Source: Squalus acanthias
Lineage: Eukaryota
DNA length: 64,000 nt
Direction: 5' to 3'
Assembly: GCA_030390025.1 (NCBI GenBank)
Contig: CM059431.1
Location: forward strand, 117,678,001 to 117,742,000
The notes beneath the pieces are model-generated. The model was given only the letters and a program-made list of their open reading frames with translations. It did no database searches and was not told the DNA's origin. The stretch's first letter is position 1; each line of letters starts with the position of its first letter. Made by a program: the position numbers and the translations under genes. Positions 1 through 11,864 of this stretch are shown piece after piece.

Positions 1-1070
1 GTTCAACCTCCGTCACCTCCAGTCCAGATCCAAGGTCGTCCCATCCTCTGTCGTCGAATTACAGTATGCAGACGACGCTTGCGTCTGCACTCACTCGGAG
101 GTCGAACTCCAAACCATCGTCAACACCTTCACCGAAGCGTACGAGAGCATGGGCCTTACACTAAACATCCGTAAGACAAAGGTCCTCTACCAACCTGAAC
201 CACCACACAGTACTGCCCCCTGATTATCAAAATCCACGACAAGGCCTTGGACAACATGGACCACTTTCCATACCTCGGGAGCCTACTGTCAACAAGGGCA
301 GACGTCGACGACGAAGTCCAACACCGCCTTCAGTGTGCCAGTGCAGCCTTCGGTCGCCTGAGGAAGAGAGTGTTTGAAGACCAGGACCTCAAACCCGGCA
401 CTAAGCTCATGGTCTACAGAGCAGCAGTGATACCCACCCTGCTGTATGCCTCAGAGACATGGACTATGTACAGCAGGCACCTCAAAGCACTGGAGAGGTA
501 CCACCAGCGCTGCCTCCGCAAGATCCTGCAAATCCATTGGCAGGATAGGCGCACCAACGTCTGTTTTCTTGCTCAGGCCAACATCGCCAGCATCGAAGCT
601 TTGACCACACTCGATCAGCTCCGATGGACGGGTCACATTGTCCGCATGCCCGATACAAGACTCCCAAAACAAGCGCTCTACTTGGAGCTCTGGCACGGCA
701 AGAGAGCCCCAGGTGGGCAGAGGAAACGCTTCAAGGACACCCTCAAAGCCTCCTTGAAAAAGTGTATCATCCCCACCGACACCTGGGAATCCCTGGCCCA
801 AGACCGCACAAAGTGGAGGAGAAGCATCCGGGAAGGCGCCGAACACCTCGACTCTCTTCGCCGGGAGCAAGCGAAAGCCAAGCGCAGGCAGCGCAAGGAG
901 CGCACGTCAACCCAAGCACCCCACCCACCTGCCCCTTCAACCACCGTCTGCCCCACCTGTGACAGAGACTGTAGGTCCCGCATTGGACTCATCAGTCACC
1001 TGCAAACTCATTTTTAATGTGGAAGCAAGTCATCCTCGGTTCTGAGGGACTGCCTAAGAGAAGAGAAGAA
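1..1070 (+). mobile_element. RTE-clade LINE, 3' part (RT, C-terminal zinc finger, short 3' UTR, AAG-rich tail)
   Basis: Frame 2 reads FNLRHLQSRSK...ELQYADDAC (YADD at 65-76). After one frameshift near 220, ORF 247-1017 has RTE-typical motifs (YLGS, LYASETW, QLRWTGH, GGQRKRFKD) and a C-terminal CPTC...H...H. Tail is aagagaagagaagaa. Confidence 0.92.
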
Positions 1071-1372
1071 AGGTACTCCCACAGTGCTGTTAGGGAGGGA
1101 GTTCCAGGATTTTGACCCAGCGACGATGAAGGATCGGCGATATATTTCCAAGCCAAGATGGTGTGTGACTTGGAGTGGAACTTGGAGGTGGTGGTGTTCC
1201 CATGCGCCTGCTGCCCTTGTCCTTCTAGGTGGAAGAGGTCGCGGGTTTGGGAGGTGCTGCCGAAGAAGCCTTGGCGAGTTGCTGCAGTGCATCTTGTAGA
1301 TGGTACACACTGCAGCCACAGTATGCTGGTGGTGGAGGGAGTGAATGTTTAAGGTGATGGATGGGGTGCCAA
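1071..1372 (-). mobile_element. 3' fragment of the tRNA-headed non-LTR family, cut by the RTE insertion
   Basis: Highly similar to ~21703-22005. Translation AAVCTIYKMHCSNSPRLLRQHLP...SWNSLP matches ORF 21628-21951. Confidence 0.85.
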
Positions 1373-1949
1373 TGTGTTGGGGTCACATTCCCCATATTTA
1401 TGTAAAATAACAACTGAAAATGCTGGAAACACTCAGGAGGTTAGGCAGAATATATCTTTAAACATCCCCTCGCCACACTCTCCCACCCATGAATCTGGTG
1501 GTGATGCTGCGGCCCAGGGCGGAACAGCACAAAAATCTCTTTGCCCAAAAAGTTGTATTTCCTTGGTGAAAATGTCTTTAATACATAGTAGAAATCTAAA
1601 TGTAACAAACTGTTGCTTAAAAGAGCAACCTCCTTTCCTTGACTAGTGACCAGTGATGTTGCTGCTTATATCAAAAACATTGGAAATGTACTAAACAGCT
1701 AGGAATGGTCTCACTCTCGTGGCTAGTCTGCCCTGGACAATATTAATAACAGTGTCTTTGGTGTCTGCCTACATATTTGTCATATAGCATGGTCAATTCC
1801 CAGTTCTGTGTCAAACGTAAGCATTAGACAAATGCTTCCCCTTGCATAATCTTATGTTAAGGCAACAGTAAAAATGTTCCAGCGTCCAAAAATATACTAG
1901 ATTATGTCCACCCTCTTGACAAGCAGACAGTACAAATTTATATGAAGCG

Positions 1950-2098
1950 TTAAAGAGGGAATTCAAGTTGCTCGTCTCCGAGAGCCATGTACTGCTTGTG
2001 GCTGCCAAGGTCACTGCTGCCTTGACATTTTCTATCAAAGGATGTTTTCAAACAGCTACTGAAGGTATCTGGTAGCAGCCAGGCTTCCATGTCAAAAT
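1950..2098 (-). CDS. Candidate terminal coding exon of an unidentified host gene (DFDMEAWLLPDTFSSCLKTSFDRKCQGSSDLGSHKQYMALGDEQLEFPL*)
   Basis: Good acceptor (tttcctgactgttacttcag), 49 codons ending in TAA, non-repetitive sequence, and a possible ATTAAA on the minus strand near 1577-1582. No homologue recognised. Confidence 0.4.
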
Positions 2099-2487
2099 CT
2101 GAAGTAACAGTCAGGAAAACAGATCAATATATTTATTTTGCTATCAGAGACTCAGCAGCAACAGCAAGTCAAACAAGGGTTACAAGGGTTACATATTATA
2201 GCTGGCTTCCCTAATGTCTATGGGGCAATGCGGCACCTGTCTAGTCCATGCTCCTTGAGGTATTGAAGCACTTTCTGATGAATGTAAAAGCAGTGTGATC
2301 TCTGGTGTAAAGTGTAGCAACAATGTGACTACTAAGTATCCAGTTTCAAACTATGAATTATACATGTTGACCAGTTTTTGCATTTCACAGGTCATTTGAG
2401 ACTGTGAGATGGAAAGGTAGTGATCGATAGATATTTACTATTCCTCAGATCTATCCGTGGCTAATATGGACTATTTCTTTCTCCTGG

Positions 2488-3130
2488 AGGCCAATGGCCG
2501 AGAAAATATGCAGAACGCAGACTCGGTGCGCCGATCCGTCCGTGACGGCCTGAGGCCCGAGCCAAATGTCGCTGGAGAGCTATGGATGCCAAAGGGAACC
2601 GCGCTGTAGCTCGCCAGTCAGGGAGGGCTGCAAATCACTGAGCCTGCGGACAGGTGGTGTCAGCGGGGAGAGGGCCGGGAGGTGATCCCGGAAAGGGCCT
2701 CGAACAGGTTGGCATTGGGCCAGAGTATAATTGCAAACCTAAGAGGAGCACTCATGCTTTTCCAGGGCCAAAAAAATGTATAAACTGAAAATTTCATGGG
2801 CCGTATTTTGAGCGGGCTCCAGCGGTTCCTTTAAGGCCCCGCAACATCTGTTACAACTAGGTGGAGTATATGCAGCGCTGGCTCCGCCTATTTGTACCTG
2901 AAGTTTGCATTCGAGGTTCTACAACCGGTGTAGGACCCCGATCTGCCTATTTCAGGATCCGAATGCCTGTTTCAGGAGGGTACTCTGGACGACTAAAAGT
3001 TGCCTGAGCTAATATGGCGTCCACACAGTTCTGCCGAAATTCTGGCGCAGATCGCGACCTGAAACTGGGAGGTCTTATGCTGATTTAACTCCAGAAAAAC
3101 AGGCGGTTTTGAGTTGAATTTCTCCCCCTG
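2488..3130. mobile_element. GC-rich non-autonomous DNA transposon (MITE-like)
   Basis: GC/CpG-rich block ending gaatttctccccctg, with internal similarity to 48391-48998. Confidence 0.5.
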
Positions 3131-4559
3131 TAAGTGTATGATAGTGCATGACAATATTTCGGTTAGTAAAGTGCGGCAGACCAGCAACATAATGAGGTGT
3201 ATCATTCTGATTCACTGTGATTGAGAGGGCTTTCATGCATTTCGGAAGCACTGGCCACTCTAGAGATGAAGCACATATTACAAAAAAGCTGGCATAGCTA
3301 AGCAGTATATCGTAATTTGCTTTGTCTCATGAGATCATTGTAAACATTCATGAAAGTGAGACTAATAGGTAAAACAATAATCCAGAAGAATACCTACAAA
3401 CACTATTAAGTTTGTCTGTGGCAAGAGGGAAGAGGAGAGGTAAAATAAGGGTAATAATGGATATTTTATAATATCTGGGAAAGCCTATCTAAATATTTTT
3501 CCTATTGAAAAATAAATAGTACACATGAGTTAGATACTCAATATATGTTTACATAATATCATCATAGAATCATTGAGTGTCATTAAGTGTTGCACCACAG
3601 AAACCATTCAATTCTGTTCCAGTGTTTTTCTCCCAATGAACAATCAAGTCTAAGCATATTCTGCGACTAGTATTCCCCATACTTTAATGTTCTTGTTTTC
3701 AAGCAACTGTCTAGTTCCCTCATAAAAGTAATTATAAATGCTGCTTTAATAACTTATTATGGCGAAAGAATCCACATTCTAATCAACATCTGGGTAAAGA
3801 AATGTTTTCCAGCCTCTATTTAAATTTTTCTTGCAATTATCCAATCTTTCTTTCCCTCTCTTTATTTCACTTTCTGTACCTGATTTGACATTGAATTCAC
3901 CGGCCGGAATTTTCCCATTGCCGTGTGTGCGGGTTTGGGTCGAGGCAGCGCATTAGGAACCCGTTGTCATCCCGCCTCCTCACACCTTTAACTCGGGCGC
4001 ATTGCCAGCGCGCCACGGACTCAATTGGGAGAGGCTGTCAACTTAATTAAACTCATTAAAAGCTTGTTATTAGACCCTTAACAAGGTTTTTAACAGCAGC
4101 TTCTGAATTTAACGGCATGAGCACAGGAAGCACGCAGCTCGGGAGTCTCGCCTGTGAAGGGGAGGCGGAAGTTCAGTGGCCATTGTGCGAGGGCATTAAT
4201 TGACAGCTGGGAATACCACATAAATACACACACACCTTACACCTCATTTGTTGCCGAAGGGATAGGCTGTTGCTGACTCCATTTTGCGCACAGATTTAGG
4301 TTTCTGGAGTTTGCAGGTCATTTCTGCAACCTCAGAAGCCACTCTCACCACATTGCTAGTCACTATCACAACACTGAGGGATTGGCCCACTGATTGCTAC
4401 GTGACCTGCCATCTACGACAGCAGCATAGGTGCTGCTTATACTGTCTCACTGTGGTCCTCAGAATCGGACCAAGATAAGCCCCACCACCAACAACACCAG
4501 CCACAACACCAGCAGCAGCAGCAACCACAACAGCAGGCTTCTCCTCAAAGACCTGATGC

Positions 4560-5420
4560 TCCACAGGAGAGAGGGGGGCACCACAGGGCTGCAGTGCGCC
4601 AGAGGCGATACCCCCAACACAGGGTATACAGGCAGAGGATGAGCTTCCTGGACATGACTGAGCAGCAATGCTTCAGGAGGCTCAGGCTAACGTGCAAGGT
4701 TGTGGCAGACATTTGTAGCTTATTGGAACAAGACTTGCTGCCCAGAGGTCCTGGTGGACACACCTTGGCAGTGGTTGTCAAAGTCACCATCGCCCTCAAC
4801 TTCATCGCCTCAGGCTCCTCCAGTGATCTGCAACAGACATTTGTGGTATCTCGCAGTCGGCCGCCCACAGATGCATCATGACCAAAGCCATGTTTCACAA
4901 GTCAGACAATTATATCAACTTTGCCACTGATGAAGCCAGTGATACTGAGTGGGCGCTAGGCTTTGCGGCACTGGCTGACTTCCAACAGCTGCAGGGTGTC
5001 ATCGACTGCACACATGTGGCCATAAAGGCACTCCCTCATCACCCAGGAGTGTTTGTGAACAAGGGCTTCCACTCCCTCAATGTGCCGTTCATCTGCAACC
5101 ATAAAAAGATGATTATGCATGTGTGCGCCAGATTCCCTGTCATGACTCTTTCATGCTGCGCCAGTCCACCCTCCCTTAGCTCTTCGCACTTCCAAACAAA
5201 CTTACCGGCTGGCTACTTGGAGACAAGGGCTTTCCACTGAAGACGTGGCTCATGACATCCCTGAAGAGGTCAAGTACTGAGGCCGAGGAGCGTTATAATG
5301 AGAGCCACATTTCCACCAAATGTGTCATAGAACAAGCAATAAGCATGCTGAAGATGCGCTTCAGATGCCTTGACAGATCTGGAGGAGCCTTTCAGTATGC
5401 ACCAGCCAGGGTCTCCACTC
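4560..5420 (+). pseudogene. Harbinger (HARBI1-like) DDE transposase, frameshifted
   Basis: Fragments [44 protein letters not shown] (D), [10 protein letters not shown] (D) and YNESH...[16 protein letters not shown] (E) are spread over several frames. Confidence 0.88.
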
Positions 5421-5599
5421 GGCCATCGTGATCCGAGGAAGCATCTAGGGCTCTGACTGAGGGGGAGGCAATGGGGGAGACCTGGGAGCACTTTGAGAAG
5501 AGCCCCCACTTCCATGTGCCCTCTCACCATCATCCCTCTCATGGACCACCCGCACTTCCCTGCTAGCAAGGAGCTGGCGAGCACCTTGCTGCACAGCAG

Positions 5600-7065
5600 T
5601 GGGGCGATGATGGCCCAAATCAACATTAACATCCCTCCTTGAGAGGAGGTCTATGAGCGCCTGACATCTGTTGTCCACAGCTAGCATGTACTCTCGTGAG
5701 TGGCGCATTTGCTGCCCCATGGAAGATCACATCGTCACCATGGTGGTCCTCATGTTGGGGATGGATTCCTCCATTCTCTGAAAATTTGCAGACATCGCGA
5801 CTGCAAAAGATGCCAGAGCCTCATACAATTGTTGCTGCCCCTCCAAGATCACCCTCTTTCTTGATGGCCCCCCGAGGCTCAGCTTCTGCATGCAGCTCAG
5901 CAGAGCTTGGAGCGTCCTGTGCCCTCCGTCAATGAGTCTCCACCGCTGTCCCTATCAACACCACCTGCTCTTACTCACTTGTGAACTGTGAGACACCAGG
6001 TGACAACTCTACTCTTTGACGCAAAGGACCCATCGAGGTGTGCGTATCTGCGCTGGTGCTGGCTGCGCTTGTGTCTGCTGATGCTGCACCCTCAGAGGCT
6101 GGAGGTTCATCTGAGGAGTCATCTACCTACTCTGGCTGGACAATGGGGGGGGGGGGGGAGGGCGGCAGTTGATGGACCTGTGGGAGAGTAAAGAGATGAA
6201 TTAGAAGTGTTATAATAAGAATGGGTAACATTACCATTATACACATGATGACATTTCACTGGCTGCTGACATCAAGTTACCATGAGTGACTGTTGAATGC
6301 CACGTGGCTTTATGAGATGTGATTCTGTCACCAGGTTGCTGGGATGTGCCCCTCTCTCCATCTCCCACCGCCAGCGTCTCTCGAGCTCACAAAATTTCCA
6401 GAGCCGCCTCCTCTGCTGCTGTGAGATGTGCAATTACTGGAGGGCCACCTCCTGTTCTCTCTCTCTCTCTCTGTTGTTCTGGGCTCTCTTCTCTTGCAAG
6501 GAGAAAAAGAAGAGAAGTTTGAGTGAGAGTGATGGAATGAGTGTAAGGAATGGATAGGCTACTATGAGGGAGTGGGGTGCTACATACTCATATCCCCATC
6601 TGACTAACTACTCCTCACACTCACCCTCCTTCTAATGCAATCATTGCATTAGAATGAGGGTGAGTGTGAGGGGTAGTTAGTCAGATGGGGATGTGAGTAT
6701 GTACTTAGAGAGAGAGGGATGGGTGGTGTGAGTAATGATGTGCAGGAGTAGGCTTGAGAAGGTAGAGTGATGGGGATGTGTTGACAGGCCCTTCAGGATG
6801 ACAGTGAGTGTGGCATTGTGCGCACCTTTCCTGACCTCATGAGATCATTAAAGTGCTTCCTGCGCTGTATCCAGGTCTGCCTCACCACATCCCTGCTGCT
6901 GACATCCTCAGCAATATCCAACCAGGCACATTTTGTTGCTTGTAGAGGTCTCCTTTGCCCATCAGCAGGGAAGAGGACTTCGCAGCGTGCTCTGACAGCC
7001 TCCACAAGCGTATGCAACGAAGAATCAGAGAACCAGAGTGCAGCCCTCTGCCTTTGGCTATCCAT
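5600..7065 (-). pseudogene. Harbinger Myb/SANT-like DNA-binding gene, spliced (about 3 exons), decayed
   Basis: Exon 1 7065-6826 (FSDSSLHTLVEAV...EVLFP...AWLDIAEDVS...W.Q.RKHFNDL, donor aag|gtgcgc). Exon 2 from ~6492 (EKRAQNNRERERTGGG). Exon 3 acceptor ctctcccacag near 6177. Confidence 0.8.
6581..6702. repeat. Near-perfect ~120-bp palindrome (hairpin) in intron 1 of the Myb/SANT gene
   Basis: tacatactcatatccccatctgactaactac...ttctaatgcaat-c-attgcattagaa...gtagttagtcagatggggatgtgagtatgta, centred near 6642. Confidence 0.9.
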
Positions 7066-7528
7066 CCTTCAAAAGTTTTAGATGTACTGTGGCCTTTCTT
7101 TCACACCTACCACCCTCAACTGAAAACCTTCAAGTGAGTTCAGTGCAAGACTGCTTTAAATATGGGTGCTGGAAACGAGTCATCAATGATGTCATCAGAC
7201 CCGCAGCATTTAATAGGGCCGGGAAACGCGCATGAGTCTTGCAAGTGGGGCCATTAAGTGAAAGTCGCTCTGAGCAGCACGTTGCTCAGAACATCGCGTT
7301 TCAGACCTGCTATGCTGCCTGCATGCTCCCAACCTGACGCAATGGTGAAAATTCAGGCCACCCACTCTAATTCATCCTCCTTCTCAGTCCTACCTCTGTT
7401 TATTTCTCAATCCTTTAATCTCATTGGTTACGGAGATAGATTGTTGGTCCAATCATTCACCAAAGTCCCAGATGCCCTGTTGCCCTTGCCGCGCCGTTAT
7501 CAGCTTGCATTTCCAATGGACAAGGGGA

Positions 7529-9272
7529 ACGGTAGCATAGTGGTTATGCTACTGGACTACTAATCCAGAGGCCTGGACTAATGATCCAGAGGTGTGAGTT
7601 CAAATCCCACCACGGCAGCTGGAGAACTTAAATTCAGTTAATTAAGTAAATCTGGAAGAAAAAGCTAGTATCAGTAATGGTAACCATAAAACTATCGGAT
7701 TGTTGTAAAAACCCATCTGGTTCACTAATGTCCTTTAGGGAAGGAAATCTGCCGTCCTTACCTGGTCTGGCCTATGTGTGACTCTACACCCACTGCAATG
7801 TGGTTGACTCTTAACTGCCCTCTGAAATGGCCTAGCAAGCCACTCAGTTGTAAAAAACCGCTATGAAAAGCAATAAGAATAAAATGGGAAGGACCACCCG
7901 ACATCGACCTTGGCACCGGCTACAGACACGATAATGGCACACACAGCCCAGCCGACCCTGCAAAGTCCTCCTCACCAACATCTGGGGACTTGTGCCAAAA
8001 TTGGGAGAGCTGTCCCACAGACCAGTCAAGCAACAGCCTGACATAGTCATACTCACAGAATCATACCTTTCAACCAATGTCCCAGACTCCTCCATCACCA
8101 TCCCTGGGTATGTCCTGTCCCACTGGCAGGACAGACCCACCAGGGATGCGACACAGTGGTATACAGTCGGGAAGGAGTGGCCCTGGGAGTCCTCAACATT
8201 GACTCCGGACCCCATGAAGTCTCATTGCTTCAGGCCAAGCATGGGCAAGGAAACCTCCTGCTGATTACCACCTTCAGCCCTCCCTCAGCTGATGAATCAG
8301 TACTCCTCCATGTTGAACACCACTTGGAAGAAGTACTGAGAGTAGCAAGGGCACAGAATGTACTCTGGGTGGGGGACTTCAATGTCCATCACCAAGAGTG
8401 GCTCGGTAGCACCACAAATGACTAAGCTGACCGAATCCTGAAGGACATAGCAGCCAGTCTGGGCCTGCGACAGGTGGTGAGTGAACCAACACGAGGTAAA
8501 GACATACTTGACCTCATCCTCACCAATCTAACTGCCACAGATGCATCTGTCCATGACAGCATTGGTAGCAGTGACCACCGCACAGCCATTGTGGAGACGA
8601 GGTCCCATCTTCACACTGAGGACAACCTCCATTGTGTTGTGTGGCACTACCACCATGCTAAATGGGATAGATTCAGAACAGATCTAGCAGCTCAAAACTG
8701 GGCATCCATGAGGCACTGTGGGCCATCAGCAGCAGCAGAATTGTATTCCACCACCATCTGTAACCTCATGACCCGGCATATCCCTCACTCTACCATTACC
8801 ACCAAGCCAGGGGACCAACCATGGTTCAATAAGGAGTGTAGAAGAGCGTGCCAGGAGCAGCACCAGGCGTACCTAAAAATGAGGTGCGAACCTGGGGAAG
8901 CTGCAACACAGGACTACATACATGCTAAAAAGCGGAAGCAGCATGCTATAGAAAGAGCTGAGCGATTCCACAATCAACAGATCAGATCAAAGCTCTGCAG
9001 TCCTGCCACATCCAGTCGTGAATGGTGGTGGGCCATCAAACAACTAATGGGAGGAGGAGGCTCCATGAATGTCCCCATCCTCAACGATGGTGGTGCCCAG
9101 CATGTGAGTGCAAAAGGCAAAGCTGAAGCGTTTGCAACCTTCTTCAGCCAGAAGTGCTGAGTGGATGATCCATATCGGCCTCCTCCTGAGGTCCCCACTA
9201 CCACAGAGGCCAGTCTTCAGCCAATTCGATTCACTCCACGTGATATCAAGTAACGGATGAACGCACTGGATG
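7529..9272 (+). mobile_element. Non-LTR retrotransposon with tRNA-like head and APE endonuclease region; 3' part missing
   Basis: A box tagcatagtgg and B box gagttcaaatcc in the head, followed by EN motifs (PDIVILTES, GDFNVHH, PTRG..ILDL, SDH) in broken frames. Confidence 0.88.
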
Positions 9273-9324
9273 CAGTTACTAAAGCAAACTCCCAAATTTT
9301 GTCAAATCCTTTTTTATCAACGTT

Positions 9325-10084
9325 GGTCCAGAATTTGCTAGAGTGAGGCATCTCACAATGTGTCCTGTTTTTAGACTTGTTCCTGAACCCTTCAGCTCAA
9401 GCATGTTTGCTCACAACATTGCTGGAAGTTCCAGCTAATAACAAGATGGCAAGGGCAACAAGACATCTGGGACCTTGGTGAACAATGGGACAAATGGAGT
9501 TTCTCCTTAACCAGTGAGATTAAAGCATTGAGAAATAAGCAGAGGAAGGACTGAGATGGAGGGTGGATTAGAGTGGGTGAATTCAATGTCAAATCAAGTA
9601 CAGAAATAATGAGAGGGAAAGAAAAATTGGATGAAGAGAGAGTGAAATAAGTGACAGAAAGGAAAAGTAAGAAAACAAAATTAAAATTTGACATTTTTAA
9701 AATCTCCAACAACAATTCACAACCTGAAGGAATGAGACTTCACACTTAGAATTGTTCACGTTCTGGGCAAGGCTGGTTGATCAGTAGTCATTAGCAATGA
9801 TCACGTCGTTAAAAGTGTACTTACACTTTTAATTACTAGTCATAATTTTCTGTGGCGTGTTTAATAGGCAATTCATGTGCAAATGCAGCAACTTCATTAA
9901 CATCACAGGGAGGTTAAGGGCAATATGCCATTTTTGTGAAACTAATGGCGGAGCGGCATTAATTGTTCAGCAACTTGTGATGATTCACAGTTCACAGGGT
10001 ATCTCTTCCTCGTGATAGGTTGCTGCTGATTTGCACATTAATAACGTCCTACACACGCCATTATTTTTTCAGCAAATTCTTGCC
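9325..10084. mobile_element. Non-autonomous DNA transposon family X (TIR GGCCCAGAATTTGCTG-like)
   Basis: TIRs ggtccagaatttgct / agcaaattcttgcc. Reverse-complement similarity to 38963-40114 and to the sequence flanking the Harbinger (3830-3901 plus 7360-7520). Confidence 0.75.
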
Positions 10085-10774
10085 AATATATTAATTAACG
10101 TGATGATTAAGTTCTACAAATCATTCCCTTCACAACAGTGTTAGCATCAAATTTTAAACAGTTCCAGTATCAGGACCTGCTCTCCACTAATGAAAGAAAA
10201 AAAAAAGAAACCTTACAAATATATAAAAAGGTAACCAACTGTAGATCTTTTTTCTCTTGTCAGACCCATAATATTCTGAATGAGTGAATGATTATTTATA
10301 TAGTCATGTGAAATTCTGTTTTCATTTGATTTAAGTATTTGGTGAATGATGAAGGGATATTCTGTTCTAATCCCTGATGCGGTTGCAGACTTCAACTGTA
10401 AATATCAAGAGTTCATTGATTTTCCTAAAGACTGGATTGGAAACAACAACAACCTTAACAACCATAGAAGCTGAAGCACAATACAAGGTGATTCACTCCA
10501 CTGAGTCTGTGCTATCTCTTTATTAGAGCAATCCCAAACTAATCCAACTCCCAACTCTCTTCTCATAAATTTGTATGTTTCTCTGTTTCAAATATTTATC
10601 CACTTTTCCTTTAAAATATTCAATGGTCTCTGCCTGAACTATTCCCTGTAGCAAAGCATTGCCATGCTTCAACAATCGTCTGTGCATAGAATTCTTTCCT
10701 AACCTCTCTCTTCACTTCTCTTTAGACCATACGTTAGCAAAGAAGCTGTATTAGGTTTATTTGACTGAATCTAA

Positions 10775-11618
10775 GGGCGCGATCTTGCCAGCCCTGGTGA
10801 GGCGGGTTTGGAGGCGGAACTGCCGGGAAAATGGCAGAATCTGGTGGCGGGTGCCCATCCCGCCCCCAACTCACCTCCGTGCCATCTTCCCAGGAGGCGG
10901 GTAGCCAACCCACGCTGGGTCCCGTCTCCTGGAGGCGGGAAGGGGATTACAGCACTTAACTGTTTGTTAACAGGTAGTTAACAGGCAGATAAGAGGATTA
11001 TCCCCATTTTACCCACACAAGTGCAGGCTTCCCGAAGGCTGCGAACCCCGCCACGGTCACCGAGGCGAGCAGTGGGTCTGCGGGGGTCGGAGGGGTGCAA
11101 AAGTGCGTTGTGAAGGTAAGTGATGGGTGCAAGTGTGGAGAGGTACGTATGTGAGGTGAGTGGAAAGTGATAGAAAATGTTTACTTACCTTTGTTTCTTC
11201 CTGCAGGCTTCAACAGTTGGGGATGCGGAGAGTCTCGCATCTCACCAGCAGAGATGACAGATGGCTGCTACATTCTCCAATTCAACAACCATCTAATTTC
11301 TGCTCACAAAAGAGGTTTGATGAGTCTTGAATACAAGGACTCATCAAACAACATAGAATGTCAGTGATTGACAGCTTCACAGAGCTGTCAAATGATAACA
11401 ATTCATCTGTCAAAAATTTTTGACAGATGAAACGTCATACGCTGACGTTCTCTGTAACTGGCTTCCCCTTAATTGGCCTGCTAAGCTCGCTGGGCGGGCT
11501 TAACAAGGTCAATCAAGGGAAAATAGCATGGGTTGGCCAGAAGTCGATGGAGGCAGGACTAAAACCCGACAAGCAGCAGTCCCGCCTCCAACGCGCCCCC
11601 ATTGGTAAAATCTCCCCC
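10775..11618. mobile_element. Non-autonomous Harbinger-type element family Y
   Basis: TIR-like ends gggcgcgatcttgcca / tggtaaaatctccccc, TAA TSD at 10772-10774 and 11619-11621, and an inverted paralogue at 26332-27178. Confidence 0.82.
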
Positions 11619-11864
11619 TAAGATTCCAGGCTGGGATCTTAGGTTCAGTAAATGAGTTAAAGTGCAAATCTCCTTTCATGAGCATGGAAACCCAGGAATA
11701 TAAATATTAAATAGTGCTATTCCACTGGGAAGTAAAAGATAGCTGGCACTTCATTCCAAGAGAGTTGACTACCAGTGACCAAAATCAGTTACCAGAACCC
11801 TCTGGGGCAAAAGTCTTATTCTGTTAGATAGGTGGGAAGACTATAAAGTCAAAAGAGCTGGAAA

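Larger units (their letters stand above)
3902..7359. mobile_element. Full-length (decayed) PIF/Harbinger DNA transposon with convergent transposase and Myb/SANT genes
   Basis: TIRs ggccggaattttc-ccattgc (3902) and gcaatggtgaaaattcaggcc (7339-7359). 3-bp TSD ACC at 3899-3901 and 7360-7362. Both hallmark genes lie inside. Confidence 0.92.

Noticed and set aside
451..992. Alternative-frame and antisense ORFs over the RTE (and likewise over the CR1, L2 and Penelope copies)
   Set aside because: Shadow ORFs of transposon coding sequence with no independent evidence.
4480..4540. CAN-triplet run (cca/caa/cag) suggesting a polyQ/polyH host protein
   Set aside because: Lies inside the Harbinger, upstream of the transposase core; low-complexity element sequence.
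7529..7625. A and B boxes suggesting tRNA genes (also 16081, 24190, 59473)
   Set aside because: They continue into SINE/LINE bodies and no clean cloverleaf is evident; these are retroposon heads.
10213..10430. Minus-strand 60-aa ORF with nearby AG/GT
   Set aside because: Weak splice signals, AT-rich, and no recognisable protein.
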